Shown here: positions 35,381 through 44,542 of the stretch, piece after piece | How the letters are laid out: the number at the start of each line of letters is the position of its first letter | How positions within the stretch are numbered: position 1 is the stretch's first letter | Origin: a virus | Taxonomy: Duplodnaviria; Caudoviricetes | IMG/VR virus record: IMGVR_UViG_3300033073_001607 | Coordinates: 2,419 to 66,418 of that record | Reading direction: 5' to 3' (one strand) | DNA: 64,000 bases | Made by a program: the position numbers and the translations under genes | Notes under the pieces: model-generated | Databases searched by the model: none | Told to the model about the DNA's origin: nothing | What the model saw: the letters and a program-made list of their open reading frames with translations, nothing else

Positions 35381-36364
35381 TCAGCCGATGCCGGCGAGCT
35401 TCTTGACGTCAGCGAGGAGGTTCGCGGACGCGCTGCCGTTGGAGACGGTGCGGGGCTGCACTGCCTCGCGCTCGACCGGCGTGACCGTGGTGTCGAGCGT
35501 CATCGCAGAGCGCTGCTCGACCATGCGCCTGAAGAGACCCGTGTTGGTCTTGCGCAGCTCGACGAAGTCGGCCTTCTCGGCGGGGGTGATCTTCTTGCCG
35601 ACGAGCGCCTCGACCTCGAGCTCGATGAGGCCGTCTTCGGACTTGCTCGCGCGGGCAAGCGCCTCGTCGCGGGACTTCACGAGCGACTCGCACTGCTTCT
35701 CGAGCGCGTTCTTCTCGGTTTCGAGGGCCTTGACCTTCGCGCCCATCTCGGCGAGCTCCACGGCCTGCTTCTCGATCTTCGCGGTCAATTCTTTCGGGTC
35801 CATTGCAGTCTCCTCTGCGTTGCGGGGGTTGGTTCCCGGCAACGCCGGGGTCTCGGAGTCGTGGGTGGATGCGAAGGCAGCCTTGAGGCGCGCGAGTGCT
35901 TCGTGGTTGGCGGGGACGGGCACCACGGAGATCTCTTTGAGGACCGGCGAGCGCCACACGAAGACGTCTTTGCCGTCCCGGACCTCGGACTTCCCATCCG
36001 TGGGGACGAAGCCGACGGAGACTGCGCGGAGGATCCCCTCCTGAATCAGGCGCCACACCTCCTCAGCGCGAGGATTGGCCTCGGCACTGGCGAACTTGAT
36101 GGTCGCCTCGAGCTGGCCATTCCGAACGGCGATGTCGGTCGCTTTCCCGATCGGCAGCTCGCGGGAGTTGTGCCCGTAGAGGACGATCGGATTCGCCTTG
36201 AAGTGGTCGAGCTGCCACGACGCTTGATCGACGATGTCGCCATACGAGTCGACAGCCTCAGTGGACGCGACGAAGCTCGCGGTGCGCTCTTCCGGCTTCA
36301 TGGCGCGGATGCACATCGCCTCTCCGCGCGTGACCAGCGGAGCGGGTTCTCTGGTGGTGGCCAT
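35381..36364 (-). CDS. HK97-type prohead protease fused to coiled-coil scaffold
   Basis: ASTEAVDSYGDIV, VLYGHN..LPIG, LRAVSVGF, LKEISVVPVPAN. Confidence 0.93.
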   Translation of the reverse strand: MATTREPAPLVTRGEAMCIRAMKPEERTASFVASTEAVDSYGDIVDQASWQLDHFKANPIVLYGHNSRELPIGKATDIAVRNGQLEATIKFASAEANPRAEEVWRLIQEGILRAVSVGFVPTDGKSEVRDGKDVFVWRSPVLKEISVVPVPANHEALARLKAAFASTHDSETPALPGTNPRNAEETAMDPKELTAKIEKQAVELAEMGAKVKALETEKNALEKQCESLVKSRDEALARASKSEDGLIELEVEALVGKKITPAEKADFVELRKTNTGLFRRMVEQRSAMTLDTTVTPVEREAVQPRTVSNGSASANLLADVKKLAGIG

Positions 36365-36427
36365 TAGGCTCCTTTGACGACGAGGTCTCGCTCGCGGAGT
36401 GCCCTGTCTCGACGCTCGCGCTCGCGA

Positions 36428-37801
36428 TCAGTTGTCTTCGGTCGGGGGCGTCTCTTGTCCGTCGGCCTGCGGGTCTGCTGGCTTGTCGGTGCCGTCGCCG
36501 GCTGGCTTGTCTGCCTGTGCGCCAGCGATTGCCTCGGCCTGGTCTTGTGCTCGCTCGGCATCGCGGTCTCCCAGCATCGGCTCGCCGTCCTTCGGCTCGG
36601 GGATGCCAGCGTTGTCCCAGACGAAGCGCTGCGGGATGTCCGCACCAGCCTCGCGGAGTGCCTTCATCGCGGCACCGAACGACGAGAGGTCGACCGGGTC
36701 CTGCGTGACGAACTCGAAGCGCGGGACCTCGACGTTGTCGCCGAAGTTGAACCGCACCATCGGCTCGATGAGGTCGCGGGTGATGTCCGCCGCAATGGCT
36801 CGGGCGCTTGCCTCGCGGAGGTCGCGCCGGACGGCGTCGTGGACCTTCGCTTGTCCGTAGCCGCTCGACGAGGACGACTGTGTCGTCTCGGTCTGGCCGA
36901 GTACGGCCTTGCTCATCTCCTGCGCGAGAACGTTGCAGAGCTCGCCATGCGTGCTCTTCGCGCTGGTCGAGCCCGTCGGCCACTCGACCGCGATATCGGT
37001 CGAGTCCGGAATCACCGCGACGTTGTCGGTGGTGAGGCGCCTGAGGATGTTCTCGAGGTCCTCGCGATCCTCACGCTGGGCAGCGCCCTTCTGGTACTTG
37101 CCAATCCGCCACGGCTTCCACGACATCTCGCCCGTACGGAGCCAGTCGGAGATCGCCCAGTTCCGCATGATGCTCATCCACACGAGCACTCGGCAGAGAC
37201 CCTCGCGCTGAGGGACGTCGCCGGTGACGCGCGGACGCGAGCAGATGAACTTCCCGGGATTGTCGCCGAGGAGGTCCATCTCCGGCTTCCCGACGTCATG
37301 AAAGACCAGGAGCCCGTCGGTGCGCCGGAATCGGAACCGTCGAGGAGCGATGTGCGTGAAGTCGACCGGCACCAGCCGGCCATCGACCTTGCTCCACATG
37401 GTCTCGCAGATGGCGAAGGAGTAGTACGCAGCTCCTGCCAGATCCGCGATGAGTCGGTACAGCGTCGGCGTGGCGCGGAGGACGTCCTCGACCCATTGCG
37501 CGACGCGTTTGTCTTTTGCGCGAGGCTTCTTCGACGTGGTCGCGACGTTCCACTGGAGACCGGCCAGCGACTCTTCTCGAGTGCCGAGCACGGCGTGGAG
37601 GTGCGAGTCGCGCTGGCGGCACTCGTTGGCGAGATCCATCAAACGCCGGATGTCGCCGGTGTCCGCGTCGCGGATGATCGAGGCGATGGTGGAGGGTGTG
37701 AGCCCGCCGCCAATGCGAGACCCCTGGTTCCAGATCGCGAGATCCGGAACGACCTGTCCGCGCGCGCGAGATGCGACCGGCTTCTTTTTCTTGGCCGCCA
37801 T
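36428..37801 (-). CDS. Portal protein (DUF935/Mu gp29-like)
   Basis: GLTPSTIASII..AD.G, RDSHL, GLCRVL, EMSKAVLGQT, AKVHDAVR. Confidence 0.93.
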   Translation of the reverse strand: MAAKKKKPVASRARGQVVPDLAIWNQGSRIGGGLTPSTIASIIRDADTGDIRRLMDLANECRQRDSHLHAVLGTREESLAGLQWNVATTSKKPRAKDKRVAQWVEDVLRATPTLYRLIADLAGAAYYSFAICETMWSKVDGRLVPVDFTHIAPRRFRFRRTDGLLVFHDVGKPEMDLLGDNPGKFICSRPRVTGDVPQREGLCRVLVWMSIMRNWAISDWLRTGEMSWKPWRIGKYQKGAAQREDREDLENILRRLTTDNVAVIPDSTDIAVEWPTGSTSAKSTHGELCNVLAQEMSKAVLGQTETTQSSSSSGYGQAKVHDAVRRDLREASARAIAADITRDLIEPMVRFNFGDNVEVPRFEFVTQDPVDLSSFGAAMKALREAGADIPQRFVWDNAGIPEPKDGEPMLGDRDAERAQDQAEAIAGAQADKPAGDGTDKPADPQADGQETPPTEDN

Positions 37802-37809
37802 GCGCTGCC

Positions 37810-38292
37810 TCAGGTGTCAGTCGCCGGGCCGTACTCCCAGGTGACGTGCACATCGAGCGCTGCGCCAGGCGCAGAGCCGACATTGACGAGGAGCATGCCC
37901 ATGCCGGTCATGCCCGTGGGCTCCACGACGAGCGGGCCATCGTCGAACTTCCAGAGCTCGACACGCGTGCCCGTGGCGGCGCCGATGGTCTCGCGGCGAA
38001 GGTAGGGATGTACGCCGGTCGGGCCGGTGGGGTTGGTGCCCCAGCCAAGCTCGACTGTGCCGACGACGCCCTCAGTGGCACGGTGACAGATGCCCGTGGC
38101 GACGTTGCCCGCCGACGCCGTGCCCACCGAGAACGAGCGAGCGAGCCCGACCTCGGTGGCGACGCCCGTGCGGCTCACGACCGTCACGGCGCGGATGGTG
38201 ATCGGCTTCGTCGCGCCGGCCAGCATCTGGGCGTAGATCGCGCCAGAGTTCGCCGCTGCGACGCGGGCCGATGCTGATGCTTTGATGGCCAC
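37810..38292 (-). CDS. Hypothetical protein (probable virion beta-protein)
   Basis: Co-oriented between terminase and portal genes. Confidence 0.7.
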   Translation of the reverse strand: MAIKASASARVAAANSGAIYAQMLAGATKPITIRAVTVVSRTGVATEVGLARSFSVGTASAGNVATGICHRATEGVVGTVELGWGTNPTGPTGVHPYLRRETIGAATGTRVELWKFDDGPLVVEPTGMTGMGMLLVNVGSAPGAALDVHVTWEYGPATDT

Positions 38293-38304
38293 GGGTGCTG
38301 GCCC

Positions 38305-38979
38305 TTACGCGCCGGGGTTCTGGAGGATGTTGCAGCTCACGAGCCACTGACCGATGCCGGTGCCGAAGTTGGCCCCCTTGGCATCGTGGCGGAACGTGTC
38401 ACCGGCCTTCAGCCATGCGCGACGGTTCGCGATGGTGTCGAACGTGCCGGAGGCGATGGGTGCCATTTGGAAGTCGCAGCCCGTGGCCGCGGCGGTTGCC
38501 GAGAACATCTGGTTGAGCTGCGTCTGGACGCACGAGCCGGCGAAGTTGAACGCACCGGTGTGACCAGGGTGGTTCGTCGACGAGAGCCCGACGACGGCGT
38601 TCGAAGCACCGGTGAAGATGCGCGAGACGCGGTAGGCGAACTCGACAGGTTCGAGGATGGTGCCGCTCGGCACGGTGAGGAGCGCGGTACCGTCCACCGT
38701 CGTTGCGTAGAACGTCAGCGCGAGCATCGCCGCGCCAGGCGCACGCATCCAGCGGCCCGTGGATGGACTGTCGCTGGGGTTCACCGCGAGGACGTCGTCA
38801 CCAGTGGCGGTCGCGCTGGTGTTGTACTGCCAGACGGTATCGTCGGCCTGGACGAGCACGATCATTCCGTCGACGCGGCGATCTGCAGGGATCGCCTTGA
38901 GGACCGTCAGAGTCGCCACCGCCTCGGCGATGCGCTGGGAGACGAGACGTGCGGCGTGGTCGCCGTGAAGAAGGCGCAT
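38305..38979 (-). CDS. Hypothetical fibre-like protein
   Basis: VWQYNTSATATGDDVLAVNPSDSPSTGRWMR resembles the tailspike/fibre N-terminal motif. Confidence 0.65.
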   Translation of the reverse strand: MRLLHGDHAARLVSQRIAEAVATLTVLKAIPADRRVDGMIVLVQADDTVWQYNTSATATGDDVLAVNPSDSPSTGRWMRAPGAAMLALTFYATTVDGTALLTVPSGTILEPVEFAYRVSRIFTGASNAVVGLSSTNHPGHTGAFNFAGSCVQTQLNQMFSATAAATGCDFQMAPIASGTFDTIANRRAWLKAGDTFRHDAKGANFGTGIGQWLVSCNILQNPGA

Positions 38980-39083
38980 GGTTCAATCCTCGAGTGGTGG
39001 TGATGGTGCGGCGCAGTCACCCGAACGCTGTCCGGGGGCGGTTCACATGCCCGGCTTTCGCCGAGGGGTTCCAAGGGAAGGAG

Positions 39084-40514
39084 TCAGCCGAAGCCGCGGT
39101 CGTCTGCGTTCCAGCGCGAGCCGTCGCCGGTCACGATGCGGTGAGGCGATGTGCTGTAGCGGATGCTCTCGAACGCTGAGGCGAGGGCGTCGACTTGGTC
39201 GTCGCGCTTGTCCTTCAGGCCGGTGAATAGACCGAGTTCGTCGACGAGGGCCTTGAGCCAAGGTGCGTCACGTGGCACGAGCACACGACCTTCGTTCCAC
39301 GCGGTCGCCACTGGCTGAGCGCGGACGAACTTGTCTTTCGTCGCGATGACGCCTTCGACGTAGGTGCCACGGTCCGTCATGAGCTGCGCGACGCCCTTCT
39401 CGGTCGTCGAACAGAACCAGTGCCATGCACCGGTAGGCCACTTCACGTTGAGGGCCTCGAGCTCGGTGGCGAAGTCAGGGGCCTCGCACTGCGCGCGCGC
39501 CACGTCGGTGATGTAGTAGATGCCCTCGTGCTCGAGCATCACCACTGCCGTGGAGAAGTCGGCCCGGGTCTTCGCGGTGTACGCGAGGTCCACGCCCTTG
39601 CCCATGCGGTAGCGCACGGGGAGCTTGTCGTAGAACTTCACGCCGCGGAAGACGCTGCCACCTCGTCCCGTTGGCGACTGCTGGAACTGCGAGCGCCATT
39701 CGTAGGCGTCGACGCTCCGCTTCTGGATGAGCGCTTCCTTCGTCCACTGCTCGGGCCACAAGGGCTCGCCGTCGTCGTCGGCCACGCGGACACCATCCAC
39801 GTCGACACCGAGAGCGGGCAGGTTCACGACCTCCCACTTCTCGTGTGGATGCTCGCGAAGAAGACGGCCCGTGAGGTCGTCCGGATGCCACCGTGTCTGG
39901 CAGATGATGACGGAGCCACCAGGCTCGAGGCGGTGATACCCCGTGCCCGTGTACCACTCCCACACGCCTTCGCGTGCGAGTGCCGACTCTGCCTCTGCGC
40001 GGTCCTTGTGCGGGTCGTCGATGACGAGGACGTTCGCGCCCTGTCCGATGAGCGCGCCGCCGATGCTCGTGAAGAGCGCGCCGCCCATCTCGTGGGTGCG
40101 CCACTCGTGAACCGCGGCTGCGTCGCCTCGTAGCTGGAGACCGGCGCGGATGGCGTACTCTCGAGCAAGCCTCGACTTGGAGACCGCCAGCGAGTGGCCG
40201 TAGGTGACGTAGGCGATCGTCTCCCAGGGCCGGCGCGCCAAGCGGTAGGCGATCGAGTGGAGGATCGTCTCCGTCTTCGAGTGCCGAGGAGGGAGGTTGA
40301 CGATCGCGCGGACCGGCTCGCGCTCGGTGCGCTCGAGGATGTCGAGCAGCGGAGCGAGGTGTAGTGGTCTTTTGAAGCGCGGGGAGATGCGCGGGATGAA
40401 GTCTACGAGGTGCTCAACGCTTCGTGCTCTTCGCGCCAGCTCCGCCTTCGCCGCCGCCCTCAGAGCCTCCCGGTTCGTCGGAGTCATCGGAGGCAGCGAG
40501 TTGGAGTTCGTCAT
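39084..40514 (-). CDS. terL: Terminase large subunit
   Basis: NLPPRHSKT (Walker A), VIDDPHK (Walker B), QTRWHPDD, GVDLA, DDQVDA. Confidence 0.96.
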   Translation of the reverse strand: MTNSNSLPPMTPTNREALRAAAKAELARRARSVEHLVDFIPRISPRFKRPLHLAPLLDILERTEREPVRAIVNLPPRHSKTETILHSIAYRLARRPWETIAYVTYGHSLAVSKSRLAREYAIRAGLQLRGDAAAVHEWRTHEMGGALFTSIGGALIGQGANVLVIDDPHKDRAEAESALAREGVWEWYTGTGYHRLEPGGSVIICQTRWHPDDLTGRLLREHPHEKWEVVNLPALGVDVDGVRVADDDGEPLWPEQWTKEALIQKRSVDAYEWRSQFQQSPTGRGGSVFRGVKFYDKLPVRYRMGKGVDLAYTAKTRADFSTAVVMLEHEGIYYITDVARAQCEAPDFATELEALNVKWPTGAWHWFCSTTEKGVAQLMTDRGTYVEGVIATKDKFVRAQPVATAWNEGRVLVPRDAPWLKALVDELGLFTGLKDKRDDQVDALASAFESIRYSTSPHRIVTGDGSRWNADDRGFG

Positions 40515-40911
40515 GCGTGAGCGCCGTCACGTTGTAGATGATGGGCCCGCCTTCGGAGCCGGTGACCTCGCTACGCTTCGGCGCATCAAGCCCGAGGTAC
40601 GATGCGCGACGGTCCATGATGCGGAGCGCGCGGTCGATGGCGGCAGCGTTGCCGCCCTTCGCATCCGTCCAGACGCCAAGGAGCATCGCGTCGAGCCGCG
40701 CGAGCTCGAGCTGCAGCACTTCCTCTGCCGGCTCGCGGATGATGTCGTCGATGGCTGTCTTGACCAGCTTCCACGCCACGCTGCGGTTCGAGACCTTGAG
40801 CTGCGAGGCGATCTGGTCGTAGCTCGCGCCGGCCTTCCGAAGCTCGAGCGCCTTGCGCTGCTGCTCCGCGTGCTCGGCCGCGCGTGCGTCACGCTTCGCG
40901 GAGTTGCCCAT
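40414..40911 (-). CDS. terS: Terminase small subunit (N-terminal HTH)
   Basis: KALELRKAGASYDQIA HTH; LGLDAP motif; directly upstream of terL. Confidence 0.8.
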   Translation of the reverse strand: MGNSAKRDARAAEHAEQQRKALELRKAGASYDQIASQLKVSNRSVAWKLVKTAIDDIIREPAEEVLQLELARLDAMLLGVWTDAKGGNAAAIDRALRIMDRRASYLGLDAPKRSEVTGSEGGPIIYNVTALTHDELQLAASDDSDEPGGSEGGGEGGAGAKSTKR

Positions 40912-42160
40912 CGACGCGCTCGGCTTTCTTCCCGGTCAGCGCTTCCCAGCGCGCAATGATGACGTCGCAGTAGGCGGGTGATAGCTCCATGGCGAAGCAT
41001 CGTCGCCCTGACGCCTCGGCCGCGATGACCTGCGATCCACTGCCGGCAAACGGCTCGTAGATCGCCTCGCCAGTCTTCGTGTGGTTCGCGATCGGCGGCT
41101 GCCACAGGTCGACCGGCTTCGCTGTCGGGTGCGCCTTGCTCGTCTCGCGCCCGATCGTCCAGAGCGTGGTCTGGTTGCGCTCGCCGTAGAACGGCGGACG
41201 ATGCCCGCGACGCCATCCGTAGAAGCAGAGTTCGTGCTGCCAGTGGTAGTCGCCGCGCCCGAACACGAGCGATGGCTTGCACCAGATGATCTGGCGATGG
41301 ATCAGGATGTCCGCCGCCGCCGCCGCCGCCGCAAAAAACGTTCCCTGCGTCAACATCGGATGCCAGAGGTAGAAGGCGCAGGATTCGGTGAGGTGCGGGA
41401 GTGCCGCGCGAATCGTCGCCTCCAAGAATGCCTGGAGCTTCTCGCCGTCGAGTTCGTCGTTGGCGATGTCCGCGTGCCCTTGCGCCTGCCCCTTCGTCTT
41501 GGCGTTCTCGACGTATGCGATGCCGTACGGAGGATCGGTCTGTAGAAGAGCCGCGTGCTCGCCGTCCATCAGACGGCTCACGTCACTTGCGGATGTCGAG
41601 TCGCCGCAGAGCAGCCGATGCGATCCCATGCTCCAAAGGTCGCCTGGCTTCGTGACCGGCTCCGCTGGCGGCTCGGGCACCGCGTCGAGGTCGCCGTCGA
41701 GCGCTGACGCTTCGGTGACGAGCTTCGCGAGCTCGCGGTCCGCGAACCCACTGGTCTCGAGCGCAGCGCCTTCGGCCTTCAGGTCGGCGAGCACCGATCC
41801 GAGCAGCGCATCATCCCACTGCGCGATCTCGCCAAGCTTGTTGTCGGCGAGCGCGAGGAGGTGGGCCTTCGACTCGTCGAGGTCGAGGTACCGCACGGGC
41901 ACGACGTCGAGGCCCAGCGAGACAGCAGCGCGAAGCCGCGTGTGCCCTGCGATGAGCTCGCCGTTCGCTTTCCGAGCCAGCAGCGGCGCGCCAAAGCCGA
42001 AGGTTCGGATCGACTCGGCGACCTTCTCGACCGCCTTGTCGTTCTTCCGAGGGTTCTTCGCCCACGCCTTCAGCTTGGCGACCGGCACCCACACTGCCGC
42101 GGGATCTGTTTCCGTCCCTGTGTGTTTTTCGTGCCAACCCGAGGGCTTGCGATTCGACAT
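40889..42160 (-). CDS. ParB-like N-terminal domain + amino (N6A/N4C) DNA methyltransferase
   Basis: KNPRKND...IAGHTR (ParB); TDPPY (motif IV); EPFAGSGS (motif I). Confidence 0.93.
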   Translation of the reverse strand: MSNRKPSGWHEKHTGTETDPAAVWVPVAKLKAWAKNPRKNDKAVEKVAESIRTFGFGAPLLARKANGELIAGHTRLRAAVSLGLDVVPVRYLDLDESKAHLLALADNKLGEIAQWDDALLGSVLADLKAEGAALETSGFADRELAKLVTEASALDGDLDAVPEPPAEPVTKPGDLWSMGSHRLLCGDSTSASDVSRLMDGEHAALLQTDPPYGIAYVENAKTKGQAQGHADIANDELDGEKLQAFLEATIRAALPHLTESCAFYLWHPMLTQGTFFAAAAAAADILIHRQIIWCKPSLVFGRGDYHWQHELCFYGWRRGHRPPFYGERNQTTLWTIGRETSKAHPTAKPVDLWQPPIANHTKTGEAIYEPFAGSGSQVIAAEASGRRCFAMELSPAYCDVIIARWEALTGKKAERVDGQLREA

Positions 42161-42333
42161 TCGAGACGTTCTGGGCTCTTGACGCGCTCTGGCACGCTCG
42201 GTGATCTCGTCAGGCGCGGTGACAGAGAGCCGAGTCGAGCGCTTCGCCCGAGGACGTCGCTGCTCTCACCCTCACACGCTGAACGCCCGCCGAATTGGCG
42301 TAACGTTGCGCAAAACGCGCCGGGCGTGCGAAT

Positions 42334-42663
42334 TCAGCGTGTTGCCGTTTTGCGGATCGGACGCGCTGCCGACATCTCGAGCTTCAGCACACGGCCGTAG
42401 AGCTGGTCGACGGCGCTGTCGAGCTCGCGGAGCTTCCGCAGAACGGCCTCATCACGCGCTCGGGGGGTGTGGTCCCTGAGCACCTGCATCGTGGTGTAGA
42501 GCACCTTCCCCCGCTTGAGAACGCGAGGATGTCCGCCACCTTGCTGCTCTTCCCACCACTGACGGAGTAGCGCTCGACCCCACTCGCGGGACCGGCCGAA
42601 CTGCGCACCAACCTTGGTGGGTCCGACGAGGGCGTTGCCGCGGGGGTCGAGTTCGATGGTCAC
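42334..42663 (-). CDS. Small putative DNA-binding protein
   Basis: GTGA-coupled; KVGAQFGRSREW HTH-like segment plus coiled tail. Confidence 0.6.
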   Translation of the reverse strand: MTIELDPRGNALVGPTKVGAQFGRSREWGRALLRQWWEEQQGGGHPRVLKRGKVLYTTMQVLRDHTPRARDEAVLRKLRELDSAVDQLYGRVLKLEMSAARPIRKTATR

Positions 42664-43511
42664 GGCGTGGCCAACCAACTCTCGTGGTACCGCTCCTCGG
42701 CGCGCGCGAGCATCTTCACCGCCTCGACCTTGGCGCGGGTGAGGAATGCCGATCGGCGATTCCGGTGTGCCTCTTCCCGGCTCCTACGCGCCTCTCTGCG
42801 GGCCTCGTATTCGAGATGGCCCTCGCCCTCCTTGAGAGTCGGCACCGGCTCGCTGAATGGCGCCAGCGCGGCGCGCAGGGCATCCGCGGATGTGATGGCA
42901 GCATCGGCGGTTCGTGTCCGGTTACGTCGCTCGATGAAGTCGACGAGCTGCTTCCCATCACCTTCGTAGCCACGACCATCGAAGTCTCGCGAGGTTCGCG
43001 CTGCTTCCGCGCGGACCATCTCCTGCCGTTTCTCTTCGACAACATCGGTGTATCGGACGAGCACGCCGATCTTCACGGTCATCGTCAGCAGCTCCGGGAG
43101 CTGCCGCACGATGGGATCGGGATAGCCATATGCCACGTGTAGGACACTGACGCTCCGGTGATCGCCTGACTCACGGAGTCGGGATAGTGCTCGTCGACAT
43201 CGAAGGACCTTCTGCCGCCACCGCGACACACGCGGGACCGATAGTCCGATGTCGTAGGCGATGAACTCGATGGCCGAGTCGGCGAACCGCTCTGGACCAA
43301 CGGGCGCGAACTCGTCGAAGTCGCCGCCCTCACCGCTCGTCGTGTCGATGAGGTACGAGCAGCAGACGCCGGCGTCCGACTCCTCGACCCCTCTTGCAAC
43401 GTCCTGCAGATCGAGCTGGTGGTCTGTCGGCAGGCGAAACAACGAGCGTGTGCCGTCGTCCGACCTGTTCGTGTGCGTCGCGATGAAGGTGGGCGGTACC
43501 TCCAGAGCCAT
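42660..43511 (-). CDS. Hypothetical protein (late-regulator position)
   Basis: GGGAGG RBS before ATG at 43511; 283 aa. Confidence 0.75.
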   Translation of the reverse strand: MALEVPPTFIATHTNRSDDGTRSLFRLPTDHQLDLQDVARGVEESDAGVCCSYLIDTTSGEGGDFDEFAPVGPERFADSAIEFIAYDIGLSVPRVSRWRQKVLRCRRALSRLRESGDHRSVSVLHVAYGYPDPIVRQLPELLTMTVKIGVLVRYTDVVEEKRQEMVRAEAARTSRDFDGRGYEGDGKQLVDFIERRNRTRTADAAITSADALRAALAPFSEPVPTLKEGEGHLEYEARREARRSREEAHRNRRSAFLTRAKVEAVKMLARAEERYHESWLATP

Positions 43512-43624
43512 GTACTTCGAGCCTCCCACTGCGACCTATAGCATCGCTTGGCTTTGCAATCACATTCCGATTGTGTGGAGACTTCGAACTATGCTTGCGC
43601 GGGGTCGCTCGTACGCTTCACCGC

Positions 43625-43741
43625 ATGGTCGAGCGGAAGGTCGTCGTCGATGTGGTGGTGAAGGTCGTGGCCGCGGTCGTGGTCCTCGCCGTCGTGGTCT
43701 TCGGCGGGAAGTGGCTGATCGACCTGATCGCGAAGAGCTAG
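43625..43741 (+). CDS. 38-aa Val-rich membrane peptide (not in the ORF track)
   Basis: MVERKVVVDVVVKVVAAVVVLAVVVFGGKWLIDLIAKS; stop overlaps the convergent gene's stop. Confidence 0.55.
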   Translation: MVERKVVVDVVVKVVAAVVVLAVVVFGGKWLIDLIAKS

Positions 43742-44157
43742 CCCTCCGGCAGCAGCGCGCAGTCCGACGCCGTCACGTGGGACCCTGGCGTTGCCGTCTT
43801 CGCCATGACACCGCTGGGCGTGTGCGTGCTGATGCCCAGCGCATGCCCGATCTCGTGCGTGTAGCTCTCAAGCGGAGCATCCACCCACACGCCGATCGCC
43901 TCCGGACTTCCGGCATTCATGATCGTCACGCCACGGTCTGTGTCTCGTGCCGGAGCCGCCATCTCGAAGAACGGCACACCACGCCGATCCCGCCCCACGA
44001 TGACGGACGTTCCGCACATCGTATTCCACTCGTCCGCCGCTGCGGTCGCCTTCACGAACCCGGCCTCGCTGCCCTCGAACGAGAGCACGAGCGGCTCCGG
44101 CGAACTCGCACATCCGACCAGCAGCACCAGCCCCAGCAGCCCCCGCAACGTCCCCAT
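43738..44157 (-). CDS. Lipoprotein with matrixin/metzincin-like Zn metalloprotease domain
   Basis: LLGLVLLVG-C lipobox; THEIGHALGISTH followed by SGVM Met-turn. Confidence 0.82.
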   Translation of the reverse strand: MGTLRGLLGLVLLVGCASSPEPLVLSFEGSEAGFVKATAAADEWNTMCGTSVIVGRDRRGVPFFEMAAPARDTDRGVTIMNAGSPEAIGVWVDAPLESYTHEIGHALGISTHTPSGVMAKTATPGSHVTASDCALLPEG

Positions 44158-44254
44158 GGTTCATGGTTGGACGTGCGGGTTGGCTTTCGCTACCTGGCAC
44201 GCGGTCGATTGCTGAAGATCGGTCGCGCCATTCGCTACAGGCAGGACGGTCTGC

Positions 44255-44542
44255 CTACGTGTTCGTCCACATCGCATCCCGCGCAAGCAGCCACGTCACC
44301 GCGCACTGGAAGTCGAGGTGTTGGGTCTTCATCACCCAGTCGATCGCGCTCCCCGATTCCTTGCAGCCGAAGCAGTGGAAGAACTTGCGATGCGGGTTCA
44401 CGTGTAGCGCGTCCGTCCCGTTACAAAACGGACAGGTGCCGATGACCGAGCGATTCCGATCCTTCAACGGGACGGTCTCCTCGATGAGGGCGCGGATGTC
44501 GGCGTTGTCTCGGATGTTGGCGATGGTGCTGGGGCTGATCAT
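44255..44542 (-). CDS. Stand-alone CHC2 zinc-finger (DnaG primase N-terminal-like) protein
   Basis: CPFC...HCFGCKESGSAIDWVMKTQHLDFQCAVTWL; ATGA-coupled. Confidence 0.85.
   Translation of the reverse strand: MISPSTIANIRDNADIRALIEETVPLKDRNRSVIGTCPFCNGTDALHVNPHRKFFHCFGCKESGSAIDWVMKTQHLDFQCAVTWLLARDAMWTNT

Noticed and set aside
41311-41338. (CCG)7 plus A6 tract in the ParB-MTase as a phase-variation switch
   Set aside because: The triplet repeat only encodes poly-Ala in frame, and the A6 run is too short to be convincing
2095-41545. Many long plus-strand ORFs opposite the late genes (e.g. 2095-3120, 20691-22409, 25344-26882, 29527-31566, 33608-35008)
   Set aside because: Typical shadow ORFs of high-GC coding sequence; low-complexity Arg/Val/Asp translations with no motifs or RBS
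43738-44157. ImmA/IrrE-type antirepressor protease for the non-cleavable CI
   Set aside because: It has a lipoprotein signal and a metzincin motif, so it would be exported, and it is not adjacent to cI
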